A DNA stretch of 64,000 nt. It comes from Thermodesulfobacteriota bacterium. Its GTDB lineage: Bacteria; Desulfobacterota; Binatia; Bin18. Under the pieces are notes generated by a model. That model was not told where the DNA came from. It ran no database searches and was given only the letters and a program-made list of their open reading frames with translations. Positions 38,101 through 47,498 of this stretch are shown here, one piece after another; within the stretch, counting starts at the first letter, position 1; every line of letters starts with the position of its first letter. The stretch is from positions 960,001 to 1,024,000 of the forward strand of contig OZ219926.1 of NCBI GenBank assembly GCA_964291405.2, read 5' to 3'. The position numbers and the translations under genes are program-made.

Positions 38101-40482
38101 GCTGGCATCGCGGCAGTCCACAGCCAGCCGCGTCCCGGCGGCGACGTAGGCGTCCGCTGTCAGCGTCAGTGTCAGTGCGTCTCCGCTGTGGAGGACGGTC
38201 TTGTCCGCGTCGATGTTGAGCTTCGGCGTGGATGCGCCGCGGATGACGGTCCAGGCCAGGGCGGCGCGCGGCGCGGCGGTATAGACGCGCTGTGACACGA
38301 CCTTGGCCCGGTAGGTTCCAGCCGGTGGGTTCCTGACGATGACCCACTCCACATTGTCCGTGCGGGAGAGCGACGAGTACTCCCCGCAGGCCCCCGCTCC
38401 GCAGTCGCCGTCCCGGTCCAGCCACAGGTCCAGATCGTTCAGCACGGCGTTGGCGATGGTGTCCGTGGGCGGCTCGTCCCAGGTCATGACCAGGTCCAGG
38501 CGGCTGGCGCCCGCCGGCACGACGATGTCGTGATAGGCGTATTCGCCGTCTTGCAGTTCGGATATCGCACCGCCGCTCGTCCAGCCGTCTCCCCGGTCCC
38601 GGTTGAGCACGCCGGTGCGGGCCGATACCTTGCCCAGCCCGTACCGGGCGTGCAGCGCTCCCGGTCCGTTGGAGTTGTCGGCGGGGAACCGGATCGGGTC
38701 CTCCAGCCACGGGTCCGGCTTGATGGCGCTCGCCATCAAGCGCGCCCGTGTCAGGGCGGGCTGTTCCCGGTGCGCCGGGGCCGCGTCCATGAGCAGGGCC
38801 GCCACGCCGGCGACCGAGGGCGACGCCGCGCTCGTGCCGCTGGCGCTGACGTAGGCGCCCCTGCTCCCCCCGCCCCGGGCCGAGTGGAGATCGATACCCG
38901 TCGCAACAACCTGGGGGGCCAGTCGTCCGTCCGCGGTCGGGCCGTGGCTGCTGAAAAAGGCGAGTTCGCCGCTGTCCAGCACCGCGCCCACGGCCAGGGA
39001 GTTCTTGGCCGCGGCGAAATTTGAGAAGCCGTGAATACTTTCATTCGATTGAGCGACGACGTAGAGCTGGCGGTGGCCCCAAACGATGGAATCGAGCTTG
39101 CGCTGGTCGACGCCTCTCCCTTCGAATAGCAGGGCGCTCCCCCCCAGGCTCATGTTGACGATCAGCGGTTTGACCCGGGCGGCGCTCCAGCCCGCCTCCG
39201 GGCAGCCGGTAGGCCGGGCCAGGAAGTCCATCCCCCGTATAATGCTGTCTACGAGACCGAAGCCCTCATGGGAGAGCACCTTGGCGAAACGGATATGCGA
39301 CACCAAGGGCGCCATGCCGGCGAAACGCGGGTCGGCGGAGCCGTTCCCGGCGATAGTGCCGGTGACATGGGTGCCGTGCCCGTCAGCGTCCACCCACAGG
39401 TCCAGAGCGTCGATCCGGGGTTCGAAATAGACGAAGTTGGCGCCGCAAATGCTCTCCCGGTTCGAGGCAATGTCCACATGGTTGATGTTGAGCCCCGTAT
39501 CCAGCACGCCGATGGGGACGGACGCCCCGCCGATGCCGGAGAAGAGCCGGGAGGAGGGCTGGTAGAGTCGGAGCGCATCGGCCCCCATGGCGGGGACGGC
39601 GGTGTCGTGGGCGGCTTCCACCAGGCCGATCGGTTCAACGGCCAGCACAAAATCCGCCTCGGCGAGGGCGGCGAGCGTGTCGTAGCTGACGTTGGCCGTG
39701 TAGACCCGGATGTCCGAATCGAAACGGCCAACCACAGCCCCGAGGCCTTCCAGCGCGCGCCGCCACTGGCCGCCGGGATCATCCGTCATCAGGGTGATGA
39801 ACACCGGCAGTTCTTCATCACCCGGCCGGGTCAGCGCTTCGGTGGCCAGTTCCTCGGCGATCTTCCGTTCCGTGGGTAGCGCGCCCAGCCCGTCGACAGA
39901 CGGCAACTCCGAGACCGCCTGGAGGCGGGCCGGGTCGCCCGGCAGCCGGGCGCGGACCAGATCCCCCGCCGAGCCGAGGACCTCCACATTCAGCCCGTTG
40001 AGCGCTTGTCTGAGATCGTCCAGGCTCGCGCCGGGGGCGAGGCGCAGCCACCCGAAGGACCAGTCGCGCCCCGCCGCGGCCGCCTGGCTGACCAGCCGGT
40101 CGAATGCCTCGGGGGTCCCCAGCCAGTCGGGGTCCGCACGCTCATATGCGGCTTCGTCCTCGCGCTCCATCCGTGCCGTGGACATATCGCCGTGCGAGAC
40201 GACGAACGAATAGCCGTCGGGCGGCTGGACGGGGGCATCCGGGGAGGGGGTGTCTCCCCCGGCCGGCGTTTCAGGCCCTCTCGGCGCTGCCTCTACGCGT
40301 GGCTCCCGGACCGTCCCGCGGCGGTGGGCGCTGATCTGCGCCATTGCCGCATCGAGCACCGTCCGCTCGGCGGATTCCGGGCGGGTTTGCGGGGGGTCCT
40401 GGGGCTGCGGTTTCGACACCAGCATGGCGACCACCAGGCCCACCGCGGTCAGCAACAAGAGAGTTCGCCCTCTCCTCATCAC
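35185..40482 (-). CDS. Large secreted S8 (subtilisin-like) serine protease with repeated beta-sandwich units and a C-terminal beta-propeller
   Basis: Catalytic VLDTG, HGTHVTG and SGTSAASP motifs; repeated P(A/S)ND...EPGE...WYxWTAP units; N-terminal hydrophobic anchor. Confidence 0.9.
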   Translation of the reverse strand: MMRRGRTLLLLTAVGLVVAMLVSKPQPQDPPQTRPESAERTVLDAAMAQISAHRRGTVREPRVEAAPRGPETPAGGDTPSPDAPVQPPDGYSFVVSHGDMSTARMEREDEAAYERADPDWLGTPEAFDRLVSQAAAAGRDWSFGWLRLAPGASLDDLRQALNGLNVEVLGSAGDLVRARLPGDPARLQAVSELPSVDGLGALPTERKIAEELATEALTRPGDEELPVFITLMTDDPGGQWRRALEGLGAVVGRFDSDIRVYTANVSYDTLAALAEADFVLAVEPIGLVEAAHDTAVPAMGADALRLYQPSSRLFSGIGGASVPIGVLDTGLNINHVDIASNRESICGANFVYFEPRIDALDLWVDADGHGTHVTGTIAGNGSADPRFAGMAPLVSHIRFAKVLSHEGFGLVDSIIRGMDFLARPTGCPEAGWSAARVKPLIVNMSLGGSALLFEGRGVDQRKLDSIVWGHRQLYVVAQSNESIHGFSNFAAAKNSLAVGAVLDSGELAFFSSHGPTADGRLAPQVVATGIDLHSARGGGSRGAYVSASGTSAASPSVAGVAALLMDAAPAHREQPALTRARLMASAIKPDPWLEDPIRFPADNSNGPGALHARYGLGKVSARTGVLNRDRGDGWTSGGAISELQDGEYAYHDIVVPAGASRLDLVMTWDEPPTDTIANAVLNDLDLWLDRDGDCGAGACGEYSSLSRTDNVEWVIVRNPPAGTYRAKVVSQRVYTAAPRAALAWTVIRGASTPKLNIDADKTVLHSGDALTLTLTADAYVAAGTRLAVDCRDASGSPNCHLAIRDVGATREDGLVYGEEWSDLGAAIALGEIAAGESQEVTLRVANRGEGAACLYFTASAWNARAASMSVVVRTRGTDQSEAPEAEPPANAAFAAAATLEGEEGSRVLDLLLALPEVGEPVFDPFHGRPSGSAWYIWTAPTDRLARFGASRDADVRDAGEVNITVFQGDRITALKRVASGPWGVEFFAEAGQTYRVRVSHTGRSLPLILRWSQGPRPANDAFAAGVALAGAEGGVAGNNKGATLEPGELFGALASTVWYRWTAPGDGAWAFASSNENLHVLAFVGDSLSELRLVSGLPHASATFPAGSGQEYRIAVAASNAYAAGGAFELTWQTTERGATNDDLQGAEAIASTPSSSHFVQADAQATVEPNEPIESGIRTGWWVWTAPQDGRYTWRLTETDFTELLVSVFTGDTLGALRLVASTGPDTTATEFTFAAVRGRRYWISVGFQNGDLGAFWFGPATATLVWGPTPSNDALTGAVSLTDASGSVTGSSVFATAERGERGGVLGHSSLWWTFAAPAAGWYRFWIDEPDAPWTLAVYRDAGDGFGSLELIGTSQFAGIPSDAGAVVFRAEAGVRYTVRLGLTGDATGDAFTLRWGEAEPPVWLRYAGRLDAGAPDANGNPVALSDPGDLAFNSTGTALYVGTALGLRVFERNPETGDLALVQSLDGNVSDSALIWDPHREELYAHDCGTWRRFVPVDGTHRTLRDAGTLIITGSAQRAAPCGDVLMDSGGSFLYVFGRGGGALQVLAFNFPIFSGATGGILRPVQTVEIDADIMSALISNSGSHLYVLTGNALLVFTRHPGTGELAQVGTVEGLQEARAIALSDDDRHLFVFDAAGNRTILFQLDDPSNPQFLDILPPFENAPQSEWTGCQVAAARNGLPAVDAFCTSSAFSVRWRLETGELEATDYVAHWQQDRFNNHLPDFGFVRGMAASPDGTHAYLTTDDAGIVLFERVGNETVEPE

Positions 40483-40564
40483 GCTCCTCCTCCCGGAACT
40501 CCCTCTCTCGTATCACGCCGTCCAGGGAGGGGTGCCGCCCCCGAACGCGCGGTTTTTTTACTGT

Positions 40565-41182
40565 TCACTCTCCGGGCGTCCGGTCCCACTGTTCACTCTC
40601 CGGGCGTCCGGTCCCGTAGAGGCGGCGGTCAACCATCTCGCAGATCACGTGGCCGATGAGAATATGCGTTTCCTGAATCCGGGGTGTGACGGTTGTGGCC
40701 GAGACACACAGGCAATGATCGACCAGGGCGGCCATCGCTCCTCCACTCCCACCCGTCAGCCCGATGGTCGGCATGCCGATGGTGCGACAGGACTCAAGGC
40801 CGCGCAGCACGTTTGCCGAGTTGCCGCTTGTCGAGAGCGCGATAGCGACGTCATTGTCTTTGCCAAGCGCCTGTATTTGCTTGGCAAAAATATCGGCGGG
40901 ACCGTAGTCGTTGGCGATCGAGGTCAAAGCCGAGGAGTCGGTCGTGAGCGCAATCGCCGGCAGCGGCGGACGATCGATCAGGTAGCGATTCACGAACTCG
41001 GCGGCCAGGTGCTGGGCGTCGGCAGCGCTGCCGCCGTTCCCGAACAGGAGAATTTTCCCGCCCGCGCGCAGCGTCCGTATGACGGTGTCGGTTGCGGCGA
41101 TCAGTTCGCTGCTCTGCGTCCGCAGGAAGTCGGCTTTGGCCTCGATACTCGCCTGAAAAATATGGGTGATTTCTTCCTTCAC
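40565..41182 (-). CDS. gmhA: D-sedoheptulose 7-phosphate isomerase
   Basis: GNGGSAADAQHLAAE, ANDYG, STSGNS, TPRIQETH; GTG start at 41182 preferred. Confidence 0.96.
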   Translation of the reverse strand: MKEEITHIFQASIEAKADFLRTQSSELIAATDTVIRTLRAGGKILLFGNGGSAADAQHLAAEFVNRYLIDRPPLPAIALTTDSSALTSIANDYGPADIFAKQIQALGKDNDVAIALSTSGNSANVLRGLESCRTIGMPTIGLTGGSGGAMAALVDHCLCVSATTVTPRIQETHILIGHVICEMVDRRLYGTGRPESEQWDRTPGE

Positions 41183-41184
41183 GG

Positions 41185-41233
41185 GCCTCACGGTAACGAC
41201 GGATACCAGGGGCGTCAACCGACGCGGGTGGGG
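41185..41233 (-). promoter_or_regulatory. sigma70-like promoter of gmhA, duplicated at 42179-42227
   Basis: TTGACG-17 bp-TACCGT inside a 49-bp direct repeat with one mismatch. Confidence 0.7.
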
Positions 41234-41419
41234 GACTCTTCAAGTAAGCGGATTCCCTCTCCCCTCCTTGGACGTGTGATGCGAAAAGGAACCCACCCCG
41301 GCCTTCGGCCACCCCTCCAAGGAGGGGAACAGCACACACCCCCTCTTGGGAGGGAAAGAGGAAACGTGTCCAGCCTGTGCCTGGCTGTTGGAGGACACGC
41401 TTCCTCTTTGTGCCGCGCT

Positions 41420-41571
41420 AGCGCAGTTTCCTCCGTGGTGTAGCGAGGTGCTCTCCAGAGTTCCGTCGGGTGCATCCCATGCACCACCTTGCCCCGGTGC
41501 GCAGGGCGCACCCGACTTATCAGGAAACGCGCGGAGGCCGGTGGACGCGACACTCATGTGCATTTTGCGCT
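41420..41571. mobile_element. MITE (type A)
   Basis: ct|agcgcagtttcctccgtggtgtagcg...cactcatgtgcattttgcgct|ag. Confidence 0.85.
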
Positions 41572-41644
41572 AGCGGCGGGGTGGGTCCGCCTGTACTGCG
41601 TCAAGCGAGCGGACACTGATGACTCAGAGAGAATGGTATAGGCG

Positions 41645-41899
41645 TCAGTAATGGTAGCGTAACTGGGCTATGAGCATCGCACCATCTACGATTTTGTAAA
41701 CGATGCGATGCTCATCGTTTATTCGCCTCGACCAATAACCGGAGAGCGCATGCTTCAGCGGTTCCGGTTTTCCTATGCCCTTGAAGGCATCGCGCTGAAT
41801 ATCTTTTATCAGAGCATGTATGCGGTTGACCATTTTCTTGTCTGTCTTCTGCCAGTACAAGTAGTCTTCCCAGGCTTTCTCCGCAAAGATCAGTTTCAC
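41645..41899 (-). CDS. yoeB: Txe/YoeB toxin
   Basis: AWEDYLYWQ...GIGKPEPLK...WSRRINDEHRIVY...RYHY. Confidence 0.97.
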   Translation of the reverse strand: MKLIFAEKAWEDYLYWQKTDKKMVNRIHALIKDIQRDAFKGIGKPEPLKHALSGYWSRRINDEHRIVYKIVDGAMLIAQLRYHY

Positions 41900-42147
41900 T
41901 CAATGAGTTCCCTCTCTTTGCCTTTGCCTTCCTCCAACTCGGCCATAGCTTCAACTAAACGTCTCATATTCTTTGGACTTCTGAGGAGGTAGGCCGTTTC
42001 TTCCAGAGCCTGATAATCCTCCATGGAAATCATCACGACCGCTCCTTCCCCCTTCCGGGTAATAGCGACGGGAGCGTGATCATTACAGACTCGCTCCATG
42101 GTTTTCGCCAGACTGTTTCGAGCCGCAGTATAACTGATACTGTCCAT
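41896..42147 (-). CDS. yefM: YefM antitoxin
   Basis: ISYTAARNSLAKTM...ETAYLLRSPKN. Confidence 0.97.
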   Translation of the reverse strand: MDSISYTAARNSLAKTMERVCNDHAPVAITRKGEGAVVMISMEDYQALEETAYLLRSPKNMRRLVEAMAELEEGKGKERELIE

Positions 42148-42263
42148 TCTGCCCTCTCTCTGCCGGTACCGGAACCGTGCCTCACGGTAACGACGGATAC
42201 CGGGGGCGTCAACCGACGCGGGTGGGGTATACGGGCAGAATGGCTTTTCGTTGTGGCTCCGGC

Positions 42264-42545
42264 CTAAGCCGCTGTGAACCGCTCCACCGTCAGTTGCTCG
42301 GCACGGGGCCGAGCCTGCCAGAGGTCATAGGCCATCTGCATCCCCAGCCAAGTCTCCGGGCTCGACCCGAACGCTTTTGAGAGTCGGATGGCCATTTCGA
42401 CCGAGATGCCCGCTTTCTCGTTGACAAGATCGGACAACGCTTGCCGGGTCACCCCGAGCCCTTGCGCCGCCCGCGTGACCGAGAGACCAAGCGGCTCAAG
42501 GCACTGCCGTCTCACTACTCCGCCCGGATGTGGAGGGTTGTACAT
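42264..42545 (-). CDS. higA: HigA family antitoxin
   Basis: MYNPPHPG...MAIRLSKAFG...WLGMQMAYDL. Confidence 0.94.
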   Translation of the reverse strand: MYNPPHPGGVVRRQCLEPLGLSVTRAAQGLGVTRQALSDLVNEKAGISVEMAIRLSKAFGSSPETWLGMQMAYDLWQARPRAEQLTVERFTAA

Positions 42546-42625
42546 AAGGGTCTCCTTTGTTTTGCTTGTGTTCCGGCTTTCCCCCTATTGCCTCAGTCTG
42601 TCCTCCTCATGGGACCACCCCTTCC

Positions 42626-42904
42626 TTAATGGTAGTCCGTGTAATTGATATCGACCGCATGGCCGTCCTCGAACCGAAAAGTCACCCGCCAATTGCCCGA
42701 TACCGACACGGCATAATACCCGCGTAGATTGCCTTTCAGGGGATGCAGCCGAAACCCCGGAAGGTCCATGTCCACCGGGCTCCGACTGTGATCGAGCGTA
42801 GTCAGGATGTCTCTCAGCTTCGAGATGTGTTGCGGTGGCAGCCTCCGTGTCTCGCCCTTTTCGTACAGGGCCTGGAGCCCACGATGTTGAAACGACTTAT
42901 TCAC
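42626..42904 (-). CDS. higB: HigB-like RelE/ParE toxin
   Basis: SFQHRGL...LHPLKG...VSGNWRVTFRF...DYH. Confidence 0.93.
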   Translation of the reverse strand: MNKSFQHRGLQALYEKGETRRLPPQHISKLRDILTTLDHSRSPVDMDLPGFRLHPLKGNLRGYYAVSVSGNWRVTFRFEDGHAVDINYTDYH

Positions 42905-43248
42905 CGTCTCCGACTTTTCCTCGGCTCTCCAGCGCGAAGGTCACCCTGCTTGATCAATTCAATCACCGAGCCACGCTAACCTGTCACCCGTCACTTGTCA
43001 ACTGTCACCCTCTCGTGTCTTGCTCCTCGCCCTCCCCGTTCCTCTTGCTCCTCTCACCGAACAGCCTGCCCCGCTCGGTTCTTGTCCCACTGGATGTCGG
43101 GGCTCGGATTGCGCGCCTGGGCAACATCGTCCCAGCACCTGAGGCCTCTCTTTGTTGGTGAGAATCTGAGGGGGAGTGCCCCCTGCTTGCAAGAGGCGGC
43201 GCCAGCTACGACCAGATGCAGGCCCGGCTGCACTACAGGGCGGGAGTC

Positions 43249-43277
43249 TTGACACTCCCCGGTGAGGTCGGTATTAA
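43249..43277 (+). promoter_or_regulatory. sigma70 promoter of the 5S rRNA gene
   Basis: TTGACA (43249)-17 bp-TATTAA (43272). Confidence 0.75.
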
Positions 43278-43293
43278 AGACAGCTAGAAAATT

Positions 43294-43411
43294 TCCCCGG
43301 TCTTAATGGCGGAGGGGCCACACCCGTTCCCATCCCGAACACGGCCGTTAAGCCCTCCAGCGCCGATGGTACTGCAGCGGAATGCTGTGGGAGAGTAGGA
43401 CGAGGCCGGGG
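43294..43411 (+). rRNA. rrf: 5S rRNA (stand-alone)
   Basis: cacccgttcccatcccgaacacgg..gttaag...cgccgatggtact...gggagagtagg; terminal ccccgg/ccgggg helix. Confidence 0.97.
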
Positions 43412-43473
43412 TTTTTCTTTTTCCAGGTTGCTCTCCCGGCTTTGTTGGATGGAGGGGCAGACGATAATCCTGA

Positions 43474-43545
<72 letters not shown>

Positions 43546-43882
43546 TTTCCGTCCCAATCATTAAACGTGCCGACCTCCGCGCTGGAGGACGCATTTCCTC
43601 GTTTGATCAGGTGAGCTGTTATGCGGACAGTCAGATGCCCGGTGTGCCGTAAGGAAACGGCCTGGCAGGACAATGTCTACCGTCCTTTTTGTTCGGAGCG
43701 CTGCCGGACGCTGGACCGCGGAGCGTGGGCGAGCGGGACCTATCACATTCCCGGCGAGCCGGCCGCCCCGACGCCCGCAGAGGACGACAATGAGTAACCG
43801 GGTCCTCCGAAGACCAGCAGTGTTGGCACGGTTGCTCATGTCAGCCGCGCCGCCCAAAATGTAAGACCTTCGCGGGTCAGGC

Positions 43883-44698
43883 ATGGCGATTCATCCAACA
43901 GCCGTTATTTCCCCCCAGGCCGACATTGACCCCGGCGTTGACGTTGGCCCCTATGTCGTGATCGACGGCACCGTCCGGGTCGGCCGCGGCACCCGGATTC
44001 TGGCCCACGCCGTTCTGACCGGCTGGACGGAAATCGGCGAAGACAATGAAATCCATATGGGCGCGGTCATCGGCCACGTTCCGCAAGACGTGTCGTACTC
44101 GGGCGCAAAAAGTTTTCTCAGAATCGGTCACCGCAATATCATCCGTGAGCACAGTCAAATTCACCGCGGAACCCAGCCCGAGAGCGCAACCGTTATCGGC
44201 AACGATAATTATCTCATGCAGCACGCCCATGTCGCGCATAACTGCCGGCTGGGCAATCAGACCATCATTGCCGGCGGGGCGCTCCTGGCCGGTTATGTCG
44301 AAGTCGCGGACCGGGCTTTTGTGTCGGGCAACTGTGTGGTGCATCAGTTTGTCAGGATCGGCACCCTGGCCCTGCTGCGGGGACTGTCCCGGACCAGTCG
44401 GGATGTCCCGCCCTTCTGTATTATGGACGGCACCCATACCGTGCGCGGCTTAAACGTCGTCGGCCTGCGGCGGGCCGGCTTCAGTCGGGAGCGGATCGCC
44501 GCCCTGCGGCGGGCGTTTGCCACCCTGTTCCGCCAGCGGGGCAATATGCGCCATCAGGTCGAACGCCTGTTGGAGACCGATCCGTCTCCCGATGTCCGGG
44601 CCTTGCTGGATTTTATCCGGAACTCGGAGAGGGGGGTGTGTTTTGGGCCGCGGCGCTATTCCGGGCCACAGCACGAGGGCCGGGATGAAGAGGAGTGA
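43883..44698 (+). CDS. lpxA: UDP-N-acetylglucosamine acyltransferase
   Basis: IHPTAVI hexapeptide repeats, IHRGT, HVAHNC, VHQFVRIG, GLNVVGLRR. Confidence 0.92.
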   Translation: MAIHPTAVISPQADIDPGVDVGPYVVIDGTVRVGRGTRILAHAVLTGWTEIGEDNEIHMGAVIGHVPQDVSYSGAKSFLRIGHRNIIREHSQIHRGTQPESATVIGNDNYLMQHAHVAHNCRLGNQTIIAGGALLAGYVEVADRAFVSGNCVVHQFVRIGTLALLRGLSRTSRDVPPFCIMDGTHTVRGLNVVGLRRAGFSRERIAALRRAFATLFRQRGNMRHQVERLLETDPSPDVRALLDFIRNSERGVCFGPRRYSGPQHEGRDEEE

Positions 44699-44700
44699 CA

Positions 44701-44773
44701 AGGCGGCGACCGGATTCGAACCGGTGAATGGAGGTTTTGCAGACCTCTCCCTTAGCCACTTGGGTACGCCGCC
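44701..44773 (-). tRNA. tRNA-Cys(GCA)
   Basis: Reverse complement ggcggcgtacccaagtggctaagggagaggtctGCAaaacctc...ggttcgaatccggtcgccgcct. Confidence 0.96.
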
Positions 44774-44893
44774 GCGTCGGTCCTGCTTTGGAGCAGGATT
44801 TGCTAATCTACCCCGCCCCTGAGGTGGTTGCAAGACCTTTTTAATAACGGGTATAAGGAATGGATAAAGTGGATGACTCCGCTTGAGTGGCCG

Positions 44894-44992
44894 TTGACAG
44901 TTCCTTCTTTAATTGTTAGTAATATTTCCATGAGTTTCGTCCCGTATGGTTTACCATACGGTGCCCATGGGCTACGGTTCATGGGCTTTTTT
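44894..44992 (+). ncRNA. Promoter plus candidate ~65-nt two-hairpin RNA/terminator upstream of the NYN gene
   Basis: TTGACA at 44894; hairpin ccgtatgg-ttta-ccatacgg (44942-44961); hairpin gcccatgggc-TACG-gttcatgggc (44963-44986) followed by T6. Confidence 0.55.
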
Positions 44993-45003
44993 ATTTCTGA
45001 AAT

Positions 45004-45645
45004 ATGACTCCTCAGCGTGTAGCTGTCTTTATTGACGGTTTTAATCTCTACCACGCCATAAAAGCCCTTCGCGTAGAACACCTAAAGTGGCTCAGTCTTC
45101 GTAAACTGTCAGAAGAGTTTGCTTCTGCTCCGCAGTTTACGATCGATCACCTCTTTTACTTCTCCGCATACGCAACATGGATTCCCGACGCTTTGATTCG
45201 CCACAGAAAATATATCAAAGCTCTAAAAGAGGAAGGGACAACAGTTGTTCTCGGTAAATTTAAGAAAAAAGACAGGAAGTGTCCTGCCTGTCACACACGT
45301 TGGAAAGGCCACGAAGAAAAAGAAACCGATGTAAACATTGCCCTCTACTTGTTAGATGGCGCATACCGGAATATCTACGACCATGCGATAATTCTCTCTG
45401 CCGATTCTGACTTAGTACCGGCTATCCGCATGGTCAGAGAACGATTTCCAGAAAAAGGTATCCGGCTTCTGCTTCCTGTGGGAAGGCCCAATAGTGCGGA
45501 ACTATTAAACGCGATAGGAGACCCTCAAGGGGTGCGCAAAATAAAACGGCTGCATCTGGAACGTTGTTTACTTCCCGAATCCATAAGCGATGAGAAGGGA
45601 AGTATTATTGTCCGCCGTCCTACGGAATATGACCCTCCAGTCTGA
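45004..45645 (+). CDS. NYN-domain (LabA/DUF88, PIN-like) ribonuclease
   Basis: VAVFIDGFNLYH, EEKETDVNIA, ILSADSDLVP acidic catalytic motifs; CPAC; lower GC than the backbone. Confidence 0.92.
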   Translation: MTPQRVAVFIDGFNLYHAIKALRVEHLKWLSLRKLSEEFASAPQFTIDHLFYFSAYATWIPDALIRHRKYIKALKEEGTTVVLGKFKKKDRKCPACHTRWKGHEEKETDVNIALYLLDGAYRNIYDHAIILSADSDLVPAIRMVRERFPEKGIRLLLPVGRPNSAELLNAIGDPQGVRKIKRLHLERCLLPESISDEKGSIIVRRPTEYDPPV

Positions 45646-45774
45646 TGCTTAATCCCCCACACAGAATAATAAAGAGAGCCGACAAGCGGAAACCTGAGTC
45701 GAAACGGCAGTATATTCGCACCGTTCAACCGCCCCCTCTTTGGTCGCTGCCGAAGTTCTGATAGCACTGCGCTC

Positions 45775-47076
45775 ATGATCGAACGTTACACCCGTCCGGC
45801 CCTGCGTAAGATCTGGTCGGAGGAGAACAAGTTTTCCACCTGGCTGGAAGTCGAACTGCTGGCGTGTGAGGCCCTGGCCGAGCGCGGCGACATCCCGGCG
45901 GAGGTGATCCCGCAGCTGAGGCAACGCGCCCGGCTTGATATCGGCCGCATGCAGGAGATCGAAGCCGAGGTCAAGCACGATGTGGTGGCCTTTGTCACGG
46001 CTGTGGCTGAGAGTGTCGGCCCGGAGGGACGCTATCTGCACCTCGGCCTGACCTCGTCGGACGTGATTGATACCGGCTTTGCCGTGCAGTTGTGTGAGGC
46101 GACGGATGTGATTCTGGCCGATCTGGACGCCCTGCTCGACGTGCTGCGGCGGCGTGCCCAGGAACATCGACACACGGTCATGATCGGCCGCAGCCACGGC
46201 GTTCATGCCGAGCCGATTACCTTTGGTCTCAAAGTCGCCCACTGGTTCGCCGAGATGGAGCGCAGTAAGGCCCGCCTGATACACGCCCGCCGCGAGATCG
46301 CGGTCGGCAAGACCTCGGGCGCGGTCGGCACGTACGCCAACATTGATCCCGCGATCGAAGCCTTCGTGTGCGCGCGCCTGGGGCTGGTGCCGGAAACCAT
46401 TGCCACCCAGGTGGTCCCGCGCGACCGGCACGCCTCTTTTTTCTCGACCCTGGCGGTGATCGGCAGCTCGCTCGACCGGATCGCGACCGAATTACGCCAT
46501 CTGCAACGCACCGAAGTCTTTGAGGTTCAGGAGCCGTTTACTCCGGGCCAAAAGGGCTCGTCGGCCATGCCGCATAAACGCAATCCGTGGCAGTTGGAAA
46601 ATGTGAGCGGCCTGGCCCGCCTGCTGCGCGGCTACGCGCTGTCGGCCCTGGAGAACGTGCCCCTGTGGCATGAGCGGGATATCAGCCACTCCTCGGTCGA
46701 GCGGGTGATCGGCCCGGACGCGACCACGCTGCTCGACTTTATGCTGGCCCGGCTGACCACGCTGGCGGACCGGCTGGTGGTGCATCCCGAGCGGATGCAG
46801 GCCAATATGGCCGTGCTCGGGGAAGCGATTTATTCCGAACATCTGCTCCTGGCCCTGGTCCGCAAGGGGATTTCCCGCGAAGAGGCCTATGGCTGGGTTC
46901 AGCGCAACGCCATGAAGGTCTGGGAGCATCAGGCCTCTTTTGCCGCTGAGGTGCGCCGGGACCCGGATATTACCCGGCTGTTGGAGCCGGCTGAAATCGA
47001 TCAACTCTTTGACCCAAGCCACGCGCTGCGGCATACGGAGCGTATCTTCGAGCGCGTGTTTGCGCGCACGGAATGA
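45775..47076 (+). CDS. purB: Adenylosuccinate lyase
   Basis: [34 protein letters not shown]. Confidence 0.98.
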   Translation: MIERYTRPALRKIWSEENKFSTWLEVELLACEALAERGDIPAEVIPQLRQRARLDIGRMQEIEAEVKHDVVAFVTAVAESVGPEGRYLHLGLTSSDVIDTGFAVQLCEATDVILADLDALLDVLRRRAQEHRHTVMIGRSHGVHAEPITFGLKVAHWFAEMERSKARLIHARREIAVGKTSGAVGTYANIDPAIEAFVCARLGLVPETIATQVVPRDRHASFFSTLAVIGSSLDRIATELRHLQRTEVFEVQEPFTPGQKGSSAMPHKRNPWQLENVSGLARLLRGYALSALENVPLWHERDISHSSVERVIGPDATTLLDFMLARLTTLADRLVVHPERMQANMAVLGEAIYSEHLLLALVRKGISREEAYGWVQRNAMKVWEHQASFAAEVRRDPDITRLLEPAEIDQLFDPSHALRHTERIFERVFARTE

Positions 47077-47246
47077 GTGAGAGAAGTGGAGAGTCAAGAG
47101 TGTGGGACAGGGAAACCCGCCCCGCTGCTACGCAGCGCAAAGAGGGGATAAAAAAAGCTCCCCTCCTCGGAGGGGTGGCCCGAAGGGCCGGGGTGGGTTT
47201 GAGAGTGGGCGGTGAAGTACTGTGGGAAGTACTGTGGGAGCGGAGC

Positions 47247-47492
47247 ATGCTGGCCAAAGTCTACGTCACGCCGAAAAAAGCCATTCTCGACCCCCAGGGA
47301 AAAGCCATTGCGCACTCCCTGCACGCCCTCGACTACCCGGAAGTCGGCGAGGTCCGCATGGGCAAGTATCTGGAGGTTCGGCTGACGGGCCTCTCCAAAC
47401 AGCACGCCGAGCAACGCGTCGAAGAGATGTGCCAACGCTTATTGGCCAACCTCATCATTGAAGACTTTCGCTTTGAGATCGTCGAGGAGTAA
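47247..47492 (+). CDS. purS: FGAM synthase subunit PurS
   Basis: ILDPQGKAI...VRMGKY...LLAN..IEDF; ATG at 47247 after GGAG. Confidence 0.96.
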   Translation: MLAKVYVTPKKAILDPQGKAIAHSLHALDYPEVGEVRMGKYLEVRLTGLSKQHAEQRVEEMCQRLLANLIIEDFRFEIVEE

Positions 47493-47498
47493 CAGCGA

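Noticed and set aside
47073-47246. N-terminal extension of PurS
   Set aside because: A REP-containing intergenic insert; PurS similarity begins at ATG 47247 with its own SD.
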